DNA of 64,000 nucleotides from the human T2T-CHM13v2.0 reference genome, Homo sapiens. The position numbers were made by a program, and so were the translations under genes. The notes below the pieces were generated by a model. It did not search any database. It saw nothing but the letters and a program-made list of their open reading frames with translations, and was not told the origin of the DNA. The stretch lies in NCBI RefSeq assembly GCF_009914755.1, contig NC_060931.1; one strand, 5' to 3'. This document shows positions 13,136 through 26,690 of the stretch, piece after piece (position 1 is the stretch's first letter; each line of letters opens with the position of its first letter).

Positions 13136-14302
13136 TAAGTAAATTATTTTTAAATTGTAGCCGTGCAAATCTTTACCCTGAGGTTCCCAAACCATTTTTC
13201 CTCTGGGAGAAATACCCCTTATTCTTCAGTCATATACTGATGAATTGATTTCTAAGATGTCCCATTCTAACTAAGCCCTTTTGCATGCATTTTCATTTTC
13301 AACAATATGCTTAAATTTTAATGTAAAAAATGAAACATAAATGTTTGAAGTTTTTAAAGAGAATAGTGAGAACTTTACGTCTTTTTCCAGGGCACTATGT
13401 TTCTATCCATCCCATAGAACATGGATTAAATTGGCAAGCATTTGGCCCACTTATATCTTGTTCATTCAAAGTCTCTAGGTTTTTTAATACACAAACTGTT
13501 GTTAAGTAAGGAGGCTTCTATTCTGATTTTACTGTTTTATTATTCAGATATTTTGAAACTGATGTTTAAAATTCGGTGAGAGAGATTACATTTATTCTCT
13601 CACTTCAATAGTTCTTCTGTACTTTTAGGTTTTAAGAGTAATATTTTGAAAGTATTTTGATAGTACTATAACTTGGGACCCAGGAATGGTCAAATTTTGT
13701 CCTTCCAATCACTTCTTCTTCACAGACTTCCTGAGGAAACTACATGCAATAGAAAAATGGGAATCATTGTTATACATTATTAGTAGTTGCACAGTCCTGT
13801 GCAGCCTAGGCTATAGACCTAATCTAGGCTATATGTTCTCTTTTTCATTGCTGCAAATTAAAAATAGGACCTCCACTCTCAGATTTGCCTAACTCATTGA
13901 GAAAGGAGAGTCATGATGGCATCTGCGATGTGGAATCTGGTCTGACTTACCTATCCTGTTGATTGCTTGGAGGAGGTAAGGAAGGAGCTACCTGGCTGAG
14001 CCCACCTCACAGATAATGGCCCCGCCTGGGTCAACTCAGCAGGAAAAGGGAAGAGTTCTGGGTTGAGTTGACTTTTGGGGAATAGTAGCCGTTGTAAACT
14101 CAGGCTTGATAAATATCCTGGACTCTCTTAGATCAGACTGGCAAATTTCCTTCCCTTGAAATGTCAATAGGCATCAAGTAAGAGGAAATAGTTTGTAGAA
14201 AGTGAGCAGAAGAGTCCCTTCTCCCTATCTTGGGCTAGTGTTCTCATTTAACACATTAGACTGTGTTGTGCCCCTTGAGGCAGGATTCCAAAACTTCACA
14301 AG

Positions 14303-14636
14303 TGTATTAGTCTGTTCTCATGCTGCTGATAAAGACATATACAAGACTGGGTAATTTACAAAGAAAAAGAGGTTTAATGGATTCAAAGTTCCACGTGGCT
14401 GGGGAGGCCTTACAATCAAGGCAACAGACAAGAGAGAATGAGAGCCAAGCAAAAGGGGAAATTCCTTATAAAACCATCAGATCTCATGAGAATTATTCAC
14501 TACCACAAGAACAGTTTGGGAAAAACTGCCCTCATGATTCAATTATCTCCTACTGGGTCCCTCTCACGACACATGGGAATTATGGGAGCTACAATTCAAG
14601 ATGAGATTTGTGTGGAGACACAGCCAAACCACATCA
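14303..14636 (-). mobile_element. THE1 (THE1C/D-like) solo LTR with small internal deletion
   Basis: TGTATTAGTCTGTTCTCATGCTGC...ACACAGCCAAACCACATCA; 5-bp TSD ACAAG/GCAAG. Confidence 0.92.
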
Positions 14637-15077
14637 GCAAGGAGTCCTGCTGTTCTGTTTTGACTTTTTTGAGGCTACCCAATCTCCTACTCTCCCCGAA
14701 ACCCACCATTATTGGCATTGCAACACTTATCCCCTTGCCAATGGAATCTGCCTCTTTATTGTTGCTCCAATATGTTTGAAATGTGTGTGCACAAAATACA
14801 AGGTGTTCACGCTAAAGCTATAATGTATATCACAAACACCATTCACCCTCTCTCCACATTTCTACCTAGGGTATATCTAACCATTTTGTCTGACCTAGCT
14901 TAACTGAAGTCGTTATTCAATGAATTTAAATGATATAACGAAGAATAAATCATGTTTGAATAATATAATTCCCTTCTCAGCTTTAAATTAAATTCACACT
15001 GAAATGTTAAATTGTATATAATAAAAATTTGAGAAATACATACAAACACTTCTGTGTGAATTTAAGTCTGGGAAGAG

Positions 15078-15109
15078 GACACACACACACACACACACGC
15101 GCACACACA
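15078..15109. repeat. (CA)n microsatellite
   Basis: CA run with a CGCG interruption. Confidence 0.9.
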
Positions 15110-16945
15110 TCTATATCCACAATAGGTACTAGTTCTCTTCTTCTACTTGTTTGTAATCTGAGTCTTACAGGGAAGGCTTTTGACTCATTCCACAGACATG
15201 CAAAAAAATATGTATATTGTAAAAAAAATCAAACAGTATTCAGAAGTATATGGGAGAAAGTAAAGATTGCTTGAAATCCTATCACACTCAGATGCTACTA
15301 TTAATGTTTTAGTGATTATAATTTTCGAGAATATCTTTCATATATACACAGTCATTACCATTTTACAAAAAATGGTTACACATCATACATTCTCTTCTAT
15401 TCCTGATTCCCATTTATATTTTTTAAAGTATAGCATTTTAAAGTTTTTATCTTACTCCCCTCTTAATTTCTTTACTCTCTTATCTTTTCTTTGAACTTTA
15501 TGCACTCTTCATCCATTATCTGTGGTCATATTATCATCTATAAGTATTTGTATATGGCCCTTTGATGAGAGTTGAGCAATCTTCTTTCACTGTCTAGGTT
15601 CTGAACAAATTGAGAAATAAAAGTAGCAAACAGAGGCCAACAATATAGTACAATTTACACAAGGCTAAGTTGGAACATGTGAAAGCCAGTGGGTCTGCAA
15701 ATTTAACTTCAGATTCAGGTTGACTTAACCTCCCAGTAGCAGGAACTGCTCAGCTGGAGCAGGTTCATTATCCTGTGTATCTGTAGGGGAGGCAAAGGCC
15801 TGCCCTGAAAGATGTAGAACACAGGAGCAGAGAAGAGCAAGAGTGCCTGTGAGCAGGGGCCCACTCCAAGAGAAAAGGGCTGTGGTGGATTAGCACAGAC
15901 CTCCCCCAGGGGCTATAGCTGCTCCAGGAGTTGCAGAGCAGAACTTTTCCCCAAAGGTCCTCAAACCCCAAATAAACAAAATGGTTCAGATGAATGAAAC
16001 ATATCCAGTATATTCTTCCCAAATGTATTATGAATATCACTCTACCTCCCCAGGAATTAAAATTTAAGATACTTCAACATGAGGAAAAAAATGTTAATAC
16101 TAAACAAGGGTTCTTCCCAGGGCATGGTTGTAGATTTCTTTTTTGTATCATTTAAACAGAATCATATTTGTATACACCTCTTTGATTCTTACTTTTCCTC
16201 ATTCATGAATACACTGAAGAAATCTGTCAATATGAACAAGTATAGACCTAACTGATTTTTTGCAATCGGTGCAGGCTCTTCTATGGTAGAGATACACCAC
16301 AATTTATTCAACTATTCACATTTTTTACTTTCTTTATGAAAACTTTGCCTTATATAATTTTAATTTTTTATGTAGTTAATATGTCTTTCTAAATATATTC
16401 TGAGCATTCTGTTTTAACAAAAACGGTCCATGCAAACATATATGTACATTCTTCCAGAATTTTCGAGGCTTTATTTTTGCATATGTCTTTACTTTATTTA
16501 GAATGGTGTGAACTGTAAACAATAAGCAATATGCTACTCTAATATTTTGTTAAACATTTTTGTACATAGGTCTTTAATGTACTGATCCTGCTATTTCTCT
16601 GGGATAGATTTCCTAGAGTAAAGACTATTGAGTTGAAGGATGTGAAATTATAATAGATATTGCTAGGCTTTCATATGAGTTGTAACAGTTCACATTTTCA
16701 CTGGTAATGTGTAACAGGACATATTTACTTGAATACTCACAGCATTAAATATTCCCACTTACTTTTTCACATTGGCCAATCTAATAAGTGTAATGTAATA
16801 GCTTCCAGTTATGTGCTGGCCTGCTTTATTACTTCATTGAGGATTCTGGTAAAAATTCACTTTACTAAGGTAATTCTAGACTAATATATCTATAATAGCC
16901 AACCTCCCTCATCATCATTCCTTATCCAGATTTTACATTTTTTAA

Positions 16946-17356
<411 letters not shown>

Positions 17357-18174
17357 TAGGTTATATATTTTCCTTGTATATAATCTCTTCTACCGTCAAC
17401 TAAAATATAAGCTTCATAAGAGCAATAACTGTTCTTTTTTGCTTGATGTTGAATTCCTAGCACCTAAAATTTAATAAACAATTAATTTGTGTTTTCCTAT
17501 ATATTGATTGAATTTTTTTACTGTCCATTGGTCATTTGTATTTGCTTTTCTTTTAATTGCTTATTCATATCATTTAACTATATTTATAATTACTTTATCA
17601 ATTTTGAGGTGTTTTTGGTATACTACAGATATTATCTAATATATTGCAAATAAGTCTCATTTTTTACTTTATGATCACCTTGTCTTTTATTATTTTAATT
17701 TTTATATAGCAAATATATTTATTATTTTTTACATATTATATTTACATATTTATTACATATTTTTGAGGTTTTATTTATGTTTACATTTAAGGTTTTACCT
17801 TATCTAGAATGAGAATGAGCTTAACATTATTTTCTGCAAAATGGATGTCTGCTACACCAGGAACATTTTAAAGTTAATCATTATTCTCCACTCAATAGAA
17901 TTATCACCTTTGTCATATATTAAATTCTGTATACATTTGAATCTGTTTTTCAGTTCTAACATTTCAATTAATCTATTTCTATTTTGATTAATTTTATTTT
18001 TAAATATTTTGGGTTATTCTAAACTTGATATTCCCAGAAATTTTGATATTATATTATCTCAGTACAACACAAAGTACAACGCTATTAGGTGTTTATGCAA
18101 ATTACATTTAAGTCATTAATTTGAGGGACAATATGTATTTGGCATAACAGTAAATCTTTCAATCCAAAAACACA

Positions 18175-18465
18175 TGTATTAGTTACTTTTTGTTGCATAA
18201 TAAGCCATCCTAAAATGTTGTGGCTTAAAATACAATAAGTAGTTATTATCCTTTCAATTTCTGTGGTTCAGAAATTTGGGAGTGTCTTGGTTAGAAGGCC
18301 TTGGCTTGGGTGTCTCTCAGGGAGTTGCACTCAGATGATGGCTGGGGCTAGAGCCACTCAAAGGCTTCTCGCTCACATGCCTGGGCTGGAAAGGAGTGCC
18401 AATGTCACACTGAGAGATGGGATATATATTGTTGCAACTATTATTTAAAATTACCGTCTCCCACA
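18175..18465 (-). mobile_element. MLT1G/H-like MaLR LTR lacking its central part
   Basis: TGTATTAGTTACTT...GTGGCTTAAAA, GGCTTCTCGCTCACATG, ending ACCGTCTCCCACA; abrupt join near 18390. Confidence 0.7.
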
Positions 18466-19299
18466 ACATGGTATACCTTCTCGTTTATTCTGTCCTTATT
18501 TTATAGACTTTCACAGAATTTTATAGTTTCATTTTTATGGATTCTACACACTTCATGTTAAATTTGTTCTTGAATACTTTATAATTGTTGTTTCTATTGC
18601 AAATGGAATATTTTCCTTTTTATTTCTATCTTCTTTTTGCTAGTATAAAGGAAAGTTATTGATATTTGAATATTTGTCTTAATCTAGCCACTTACCACAT
18701 TTCCTCATATATTCAAGTAGTTTTTAATAGAATCTTTTGGGTTTTCTTAGATATTCAGTAATATTATTAGCAAAAGAGCTAATTTTCCAAAATGACACTG
18801 ATTAGTTTTTCTTCTCTATTCTAGACAGAAAAATCTCTGAAGAGATGTTGGATAATAATAGATAGCAAGCATCTTGTTCTTGTTCCTTCTTTTAAAATAA
18901 ATGGTTTTCTATTATCAGATAGATTGATACTTGCTATTGCTTTTGCTAAATAATCTTTATCAAATTTAATTAACTTCTTTCTATTTCTATTCTACTTGAA
19001 TTGCCTCAAAACATTGGCATTATCTGTATTTTACAAGTTAGATGGAACTGTGAACCATGTAGTCTTGATGTCTTTTTAAATAATCAATTTTAAAACCATT
19101 ATTTTGATCTCTTCTGTGATACTTATTTCATCAATTTCCTCCAAAGTTTCCACTTTACTTGTAGAGTTATACTGCTCATTTATTTATCTATGCCATTGAT
19201 TATTTTCTGAATCTCAGGTTCAGAGGGTTACATTAATTATACTCTTTTTGCAGTTAACTACACACCCTTTCTTATTTTTTGAATTCTAGCTCATGGCTC

Positions 19300-19790
19300 T
19301 TTACATTTTCTCTAATATTATCAATTGCTTAATTCATGATGATTTTGTTATGCCTGTAGATGATCCTCTCAATACTCTACCTTCTCAGTTCCTATTAACA
19401 CTGAAGTCAGCTAATGTTACTCCTCATCTCAAAGCCATCCAATGGATCTCCATTAACTTTCTGACCCTGTCTCCTACTATTATTCCTTTCATTCTTCCTG
19501 CCATGGCCACACCAGCCTGGTTGTGTTTCCTCAAATACGCCATGTGATTCCCTCTTTAGCTGGAGAACTTTAACCCAGGTAACCTCATGGTTTGTCCCTG
19601 ATCTCCTTCAAGTCGTGGCTAAAATTGATTTCACAGAGAAGCCTTCCATAACCACCCTATTTGAAACTCCAGCTCCTCTCTCGTTCTCTCTAACGTCTTT
19701 CCTATTTGTTTTTCTCCATAGCACTTGTCACCATCTGACATATTAGATTCTTTTATTTATTTATTTTGTTTATTATCTCTCATACTCAAA
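19300..19790 (+). mobile_element. L2a 3' region
   Basis: CCAGCCTGGTTGTGTTTCCTCAAA, GAGAAGCCTTCCATAACCACCCTATTTGAAA, CTCCATAGCACTTGTCACCATCTGACATA. Confidence 0.75.
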
Positions 19791-19859
19791 AAAGGGCATA
19801 CTGTTTACCCAGAATATTAAGGAAGGTTTAACTAAATATTTGCTGAAAAAAATACGTTG

Positions 19860-20088
19860 TCTTCAGGATAGCCAAAATTTTTACAAGGCAAACTAGATCC
19901 CTAGTTATGTGGAGAAAAGAGGAGAAAAAGAGAGAGAGAGGAAGAGAGAGAGGAAGAAAGAGTGAGAATGCCAGACAGAAGCTGTTTTACCTTCTGTGAC
20001 CAACTTCAGAAGCCACTTAGAGTCACCCCCACCACGTACTACTGGTCAAAGCAATTACAAAGATTCATGTGGATTAAAAGAAATAAAC
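19860..20088 (-). mobile_element. MLT1G-like LTR central fragment with GA-rich tract
   Basis: CTTCAGGATAGCC..(GA)n..GCCAGACAGAAGCTGTTTTACCTTCTGTGACC..AGAAGCCAC resembles the MLT1G middle. Confidence 0.55.
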
Positions 20089-20953
20089 ATCTGAAAATTA
20101 TTTTCAAAATTTTCCTTTTTGTCTTTAAGAGGATTACTAGTTTTAACTGATTTTCTGATCCTTAAAAATATCAACTTTTAGAACATTTATCCTATTATTT
20201 TTATTGTTTATTTATTTTTCAGATATTATTGTTATTTTAGTGTCTTTTAGTTTTTGTTCTTTTTATAATTTCTTGAGATAAGGTGTAATCCCATTTATCT
20301 TTCATCTTTCTTTTTAATAAGAAGATATTTTAAAATCTGTTTTTCTCTTTGGATAGTTTTAGCAATGTGCTAAAATTAACTTTTGGTAGAAAATGTTTTA
20401 TTTTTTTTCTAAATTAAAAAATTTAATTTTAATACTCTCTTTGGACTAAGCATATTTTTAGGATAAAGTTTTTTATTTTCTAATAAGATATGCTAGTAAT
20501 TTTACAATATTTGTTTTTAAATGTAGTTCATTTTGATTAAAGATAATGCTGTTAAGTATTATTAATTTTGATCAGAGAATATAAATGTTCTACATTATAA
20601 GATTTAAGGGTTTTTTTTGTAGTCAATTGCATAATTTTTGAAGTGATTCCATGGATATTTAAAAATGTATATTTCTATTTATATGTATTTCATTCTTTTA
20701 TTGAAAGTAATTCATCTGTAACTTTATTTTAAAAAATGTTGTTCATAAATTTTTAATAATGCTTGCTTTAACTATTTACCTTCTTTATTTATTTTGGTGC
20801 TTTCACTTTCACATAATTCTCTTTGTTTCTATCTGTACCTTAATCTTAAATTCTATCTTTTTTATTAGTAATATCACTACTCATATTTTCTTTGTGTCTT
20901 CTGATATTTCATAGCTAGTCCTACTATCTGTAAATTTGCCTGGTAAGATATAA

Positions 20954-21247
<294 letters not shown>

Positions 21248-22389
21248 ACAACTTTTTTATACCATCTAATTTGATAGCATCTGCTGTCAAAAATCAGATT
21301 TTATCTTGTTTACATTTAACATAACAACCAATATTTTATTTTACTCTTTTAATCTTAATTTATATTCATTTTTAAATACTGTTTTTTCAAATTAAGTTCT
21401 ACTCTACTTTTCCATCCTACTGGTTACTCCTGTTTACCTTATTGTTTCTTAGTCTTTTAATATATTACTTTCTCCTATCACATTCTTTGTTCCTCCACCC
21501 ACTGAAAAACCAAGAGCCAACATTATCCCTTTACAATGCCTTTTTTCTATTCATTTTTATGTAGACAATGGATTACTGAAATAAATGTAGCTTCCTCTTA
21601 CCATTAAATTCCAGGTAATCCAATCTAAATGCTCCATTGTGACCCAGTGATCCAAAGGCTTAATAGGGCACCTTAGAATATCACAATGCCAGCTCAACAC
21701 CCACATTTAGAGCCAAAAGTTATTGTTACTTAGTGATTTCTCTGAGAAGGAATTGTAGACAGAGAAAAAAATAAGACAAGAAAGAAAGAAAATCTTCCAA
21801 ATTTTACATAGCATGAATCCCTGTCATTTCATGCCAGTTATACAAATTTTATGTGTACAATTTCAGTACAATGAATAGAAATCTGTTATCAAGGGATTAG
21901 TGTGCTCTTCCAAGCCTTTTATAGCCGGCACTTCCTGGGTGCTCTTCTAGGTCTATATCCTCAGATTCTTCAAAGGAAGAAGGGAATTTAGACAGATGCT
22001 CCTCCTCAATATCTTGTAGAAATTCCAGAGTTATTGCTCCTATTTCCCCCCACCACTAACGTAAATCTATATATTGAGACCAGAATAATCAATTGTGCCT
22101 GGAAAGAGAGATACTGAAAATAAGAATAAGCCAATGAGAGAGTGCTTATGGACCAGAAAGAAAGTGCTTGCTCTCCAGGACATCAACAGGTGCTTAGACC
22201 TGTGAGATTAGCAGCTCCCTCCTCTCTTTCAGTAGATCCAATAAGAATAGGCAGATAGAAAATGTGCAGTGAGGAGTTGGAAGAGTATCCTTCTTTTTAA
22301 AAGCATTATACACTTTTTGTAATTAATTGCAGTTGTTTTTATGAATTTTAGTTTCCCTACAAAATTATAAACATTTTTTTGGGGGTGTG

Positions 22390-24589
22390 TGTATTAATCT
22401 GTTCTCATGCTGGTAATAAAGACATACCAGAGACTGGGTAATTTATAAAGGAAGGAGGTTTAATTAACTCACAGTTCAGCATGGATGTGGAGGCCTCAGA
22501 AAACTTACAATCATGGTGGAAGGGGAAGCAAACATTCTTCTTCACATGGTGACAGCAAGGAGAGAATGAGTGTCCAGAGAAGGGAGAAGCCCCTTATAAA
22601 ACAATCAGATCATGTGAGAACTCACTATCATGAAAACAGGATGGGGGAACTGCTTTCATGATTTAATTATCTCCACCTGGCCCTTCCCATTATATATTGG
22701 TATTATTGGAACTAAAAATCAAGAGGAGATTTGGGTGTGGACACAGCCAAATCATATCATTCTGCCCCTGGCCCCTCCCAAATCTCATGTCATCACAATT
22801 CAAAACACATTCATGGCTTCCCAACAGTTCCCCAAAGTCTTAACTCACACCAGCATTAGCTCAAAAGTCCAAATCCAAAGTCTCATTTGAGATAGGGCAA
22901 GTCGTTTCCACCTATGTGCCTGTTAATCAAAAGCAAATTAGTTACTTCCTAGATACAAAGTGGGTACAGGAATTGGGTAAATACACCTATTCTAAATGGG
23001 AGAAATTGTCCAAAACAAAGGGGCTACAGGCCCCATAGAAGTCTGAAATCCAATAGGGAAGTCATTAAACCTTAAAGTTTGAAAATGATCTCCTTTGATG
23101 GCATGTCGCACATCTAGGTCACATTGATGCAAGAGGTGAGCCCCAAAAGCCTTGGAAAGCTCTACCTCTGTGGCTTTGCAGGGTGCAAGCCCCAGCCCTA
23201 GGGCTTTCACAGCTGGTGTTGAGTGTCAGAAGCTTTTCCAGGCACACAGTGCAAGCTGTCTGTGGATCTACCTTCTGGGGTCTGGAGGATAGTGGCCCTC
23301 TTCTCACAGCTCCACTAGGCAGTGCCCCAGTGAGGACTCTGTGTGCAGGCTCTGACCCCACATTCCCCTACCCCACTGTCCTAGCAGAGGTTCTCCATGA
23401 GGGCTCCACTGCTGCAGCAGACTTCTGCCTGGACATCCAGGCATTTCCGTACATCCTCTGAAATCTAGGCAGAGGCTCCCAAACCTCAATCCTTGACTTC
23501 TGTGCACCTGCAGGCTCAACACCAAGTGGGAGGCGCCAAGGCTTGGGGTTTGCACCCTCTGAAGAAATGGCCTGAGCTGTAAGTTGACCCTTTTTAACCA
23601 TGGCTAAAACTGAAGCACCTGAGACTCAGGGCACCATGTCCTGAGTTGCCTAGAGCAGGGGGACCCTTGACCCAGCCCTGGAGGCATTTTCCCCATTGTC
23701 TTGGTGATTAACATTTGGCTACTAATTACTTATGCAAATTTCTGCAGTAGGCTTGAATTTCTTCCTAGAAAATGGGGTTTTCTTTTCTATTGCATTGTCA
23801 GGCTGCAAATTTTTCAAACTTTCCTGTTCTGCTGCTTCTTGAACATTTCGTCACTTAAAAATTTCTTCTGCCAGATACCCTAAATTATCTCTCTCAAGTT
23901 CAAAGTTCCACGAATCTCTAGGGCAGGGGAAAAATGCTGCCAGTCTCTTTGCATAGCAAGAGTGACCTTTAATCCAGTTTCCAATAAGTTCCTCATCCCC
24001 ATCTGATACCACCTGAGCCTGGACTTTATTGTCCATATCCCTATCAGCATTTTGGTCATAGCCATTCAACAAGTCTCTAGGAAGTTCTAAACTTTCCAAC
24101 ATTTTCCTTATCTTCTTCTGAGCCCTCCAAGCTATTCCAGCCTCTCCCTGTTACCTAGTTCCAAAGTCACTTTCACATTTTTGGGTATCTTTACAGCAGT
24201 GCTGCCGTACCCTGTACCAATTTACTGTATTAATCTGTTCTCACACTGCTATAAGGACATATCCAAGACTGAGTAATTTATAAAGGAAAGAGGTTTAATT
24301 GACTCACACTTCTGCAGGGCTGGAGAGGCCTCAGGAAACTTTCAATCATGGCAGTATGGGGACCAAACATGTCTTTCTTCACATGATGGCAGCAAGGAGA
24401 AATGCTAATCAAAACAGGGAAAAGCCCCTTATAAAACCATCAGATCTCATGAGAACTCACTATCATGAGAACAGGATGGGGACTGCCTACATGATTCAGT
24501 TATCTCCACCTGGTCCCTCCCACGACATGTGGAGATTATGAGAACAATTCAAAATGAGATTTAGGTTGGGACACAGTCAAACCATATCA
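22390..24589 (-). mobile_element. Two-LTR THE1D-like MaLR provirus (LTR 22390-22759, internal 22760-24225, LTR 24226-24589)
   Basis: Both LTRs run TGTATTAATCTGTTCTCA...CATATCA. Internal begins TTCTGCCCCTGGCCCCTCCCAAATCTCATG and ends GTACCAATTTAC. ORFs 23368..23601 and 23851..24102 are typical THE1-int remnants. Confidence 0.95.
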
Positions 24590-24713
24590 GGGGGAAAGGT
24601 ATACTTGATTCTTTTTGAAATTATAATAATTATTATTTATTACCATACTGAGCTGTTATCTTAATGACTGACTGAATTCATCACAGACTAATGCATAATT
24701 TAAAAAAAAAATT

Positions 24714-24811
24714 AAGTCTAGTCAAATGCAACAGTGGAAGCGGAGAAGGAACAAGGAAATCTGTAACTGCTTGTGATCAATTTAGTTGTAAACACTACTG
24801 CACTTGGACCA
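24714..24811 (-). pseudogene. Y3 RNA (RNY3) retropseudogene
   Basis: Minus strand TGGTCCAAGTGCAGTAGTGTTTACAACTAAATTGATCACAAGCAGTTACAGATTTCCTTGTTCCTTCTCCGCTTCCACTGTTGCATTTGACTAGACTT is collinear with hY3 RNA, lacking the 5' GGC, with about 10 differences. Confidence 0.92.
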
Positions 24812-26539
24812 TTCTCATCTTAATAGTTTCTGCTTGCTTTTCTAATCTTTCAAATTAGTTTTTGAATTTTTCTAACATCAAGAGCTAGCTAGTTATTTAA
24901 TGAAATAAAAGATGTGTGGATTCTGTTACTTTGTGTCTGGTCCTTAGTAAGGACTGAATAAATGTTGTATCTTACTATTAATAATAGTGTTTCTGTATTA
25001 TACATAGAGATGATGAATGTGCAGGAAAAGTGACCTGTGACATACCAAGTTATTTCCAAATTTACAAAATAGTTAATTAGTATTTTTTGGATATGACAAT
25101 TTAAAAAACTGAGTTTGACTGTGACAACACACAGTCCACATTCTCTGCCTTTTTAAAAAAGTAAAAGTTACAGTATGTTAGGAGATATTATAATTATATT
25201 ATGTCACAAATAAAAATACACTGTGCTTGTTTTATTTCCCAAATTTTTTTAAGTATGTAAAAAGCATCCATTTTATAACATATACCAGAATTTTATGGAG
25301 AATTGAAGTCATAGTCACTAGTTTGTATAATGTATGTAATATTTTAAAAATAACTCCATGCTTCCTTATTAGCAAGACAGTTTTTTTTTCTACACCCTGC
25401 CCACTATTAAAGTTAATCCATTAGAATAGAGTCCGGGAGAAAGAAGATATTACTAAGGTAAATCCCTCACTGGAGAGAAGAGGAAAAAAAATGTCTTTTA
25501 AAGTAGAGGCAAGGGACAATCATACTTTAAAGATTGAGGGAAGAAGAAAAAAAGAAGCAAGTGGTGAGATACTTGTGTTCTGACCTCCCTTTTCCAGCAT
25601 GAAATCTTAAGAGAGATGAAGGCTGCAAAGGTTGAGGTGAGAGTTGAGAGCAAAGTGTGTTTTGCTTCACTTCCTATTGTGAGTCAGCAAGGGTCTGCCC
25701 TGCAGGTGGAAGCATCAGATAGGAAGAAGTGGCACATTGAATAACTATTTCCTCCCCCTGTTTGACTTCCCTGTGGTATGGAAATGATCTAGAATCATCT
25801 GTGTACCCTGAGGGAAAGCTGAATATGGCAGGCCAGTAGAGATTGTCAGCAGAGGTGGCAGGAAATAGGTGTAAACGTGATCCTCTAGCCAAGCACCATG
25901 GGACAGGCTGCCTGGGCAGCCTGGGCAAAGGATCAGTCCCATTTAGGAATTTATAGTCACGTGATAGCAGAGGTAAACTGAGTCAGCAATAAGGGCAACC
26001 AATTCCTGATGAATCCAAGAAAGAACAGATGACCAGATCATGGACTTCCTATTTCCTGGTGCCTAAAGGTCTGGGATTTCCCTCAAACCTCCACATTATG
26101 TCTCCCTTATATCATAAAGCGATAAGCCCTAGAGCCATATGTCACGGCCTGGAGGGGTATGCTTTCTACATTATGTGAGAGCTCTATGTGATAAAAGCTA
26201 TAGGCTGAGCCCTTATCATGATAAATGGTAGCTGATAGGATTTAGTAAATCCTCTCTTAAGATAATAGCAGGGCTTGCTGATATGTTGCCTTGCTGAAAA
26301 ATCTCATTTAAAACATCAAAAGTGAAAGATTAACTATTTTCATACAAATCCTAATATCCCGCTAAGCAAATGGACGCTTTAGACCAAAAAGGCCAAGTAT
26401 TTACTTGGAAGGAGAAAAGAGATTCATTAACAAGTTTGAAAATAACATCTCAGTTATAGTTATTTTAAAAACTAGTCAGAATATCACCTAAATACTATAG
26501 ATGCATATATTCTTTATTGTACATAGAAGCAAAGTTAAT

Positions 26540-26690
26540 TAGAGCTAAAAGAGATCATATAAATTATCTATTCCAACCTCAGAAATGAGAAATCTGAGAT
26601 CCGAAAAGGTTTAGATAGCTTGCCTTGGGTCACATATTGAGTATAGAGTAAGTCCAGGCAAGAACCCATTCTTGATTCTTATTCTAGTGC
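26540..26690 (-). mobile_element. MIR
   Basis: AGAAATGAGAAATCTGAGATCC...GCTTGCCTTGGGTCACA core. Confidence 0.6.

Noticed and set aside
14030-14072. 11-bp stem GTCAACTCAGC/GTTGAGTTGAC as a pre-miRNA
   Set aside because: Stem too short and loop too large and purine-rich.
22992-24102. Cluster of overlapping ORFs in GC-richer DNA
   Set aside because: Lies in THE1-int; these are broken remnants of the MaLR internal ORF.
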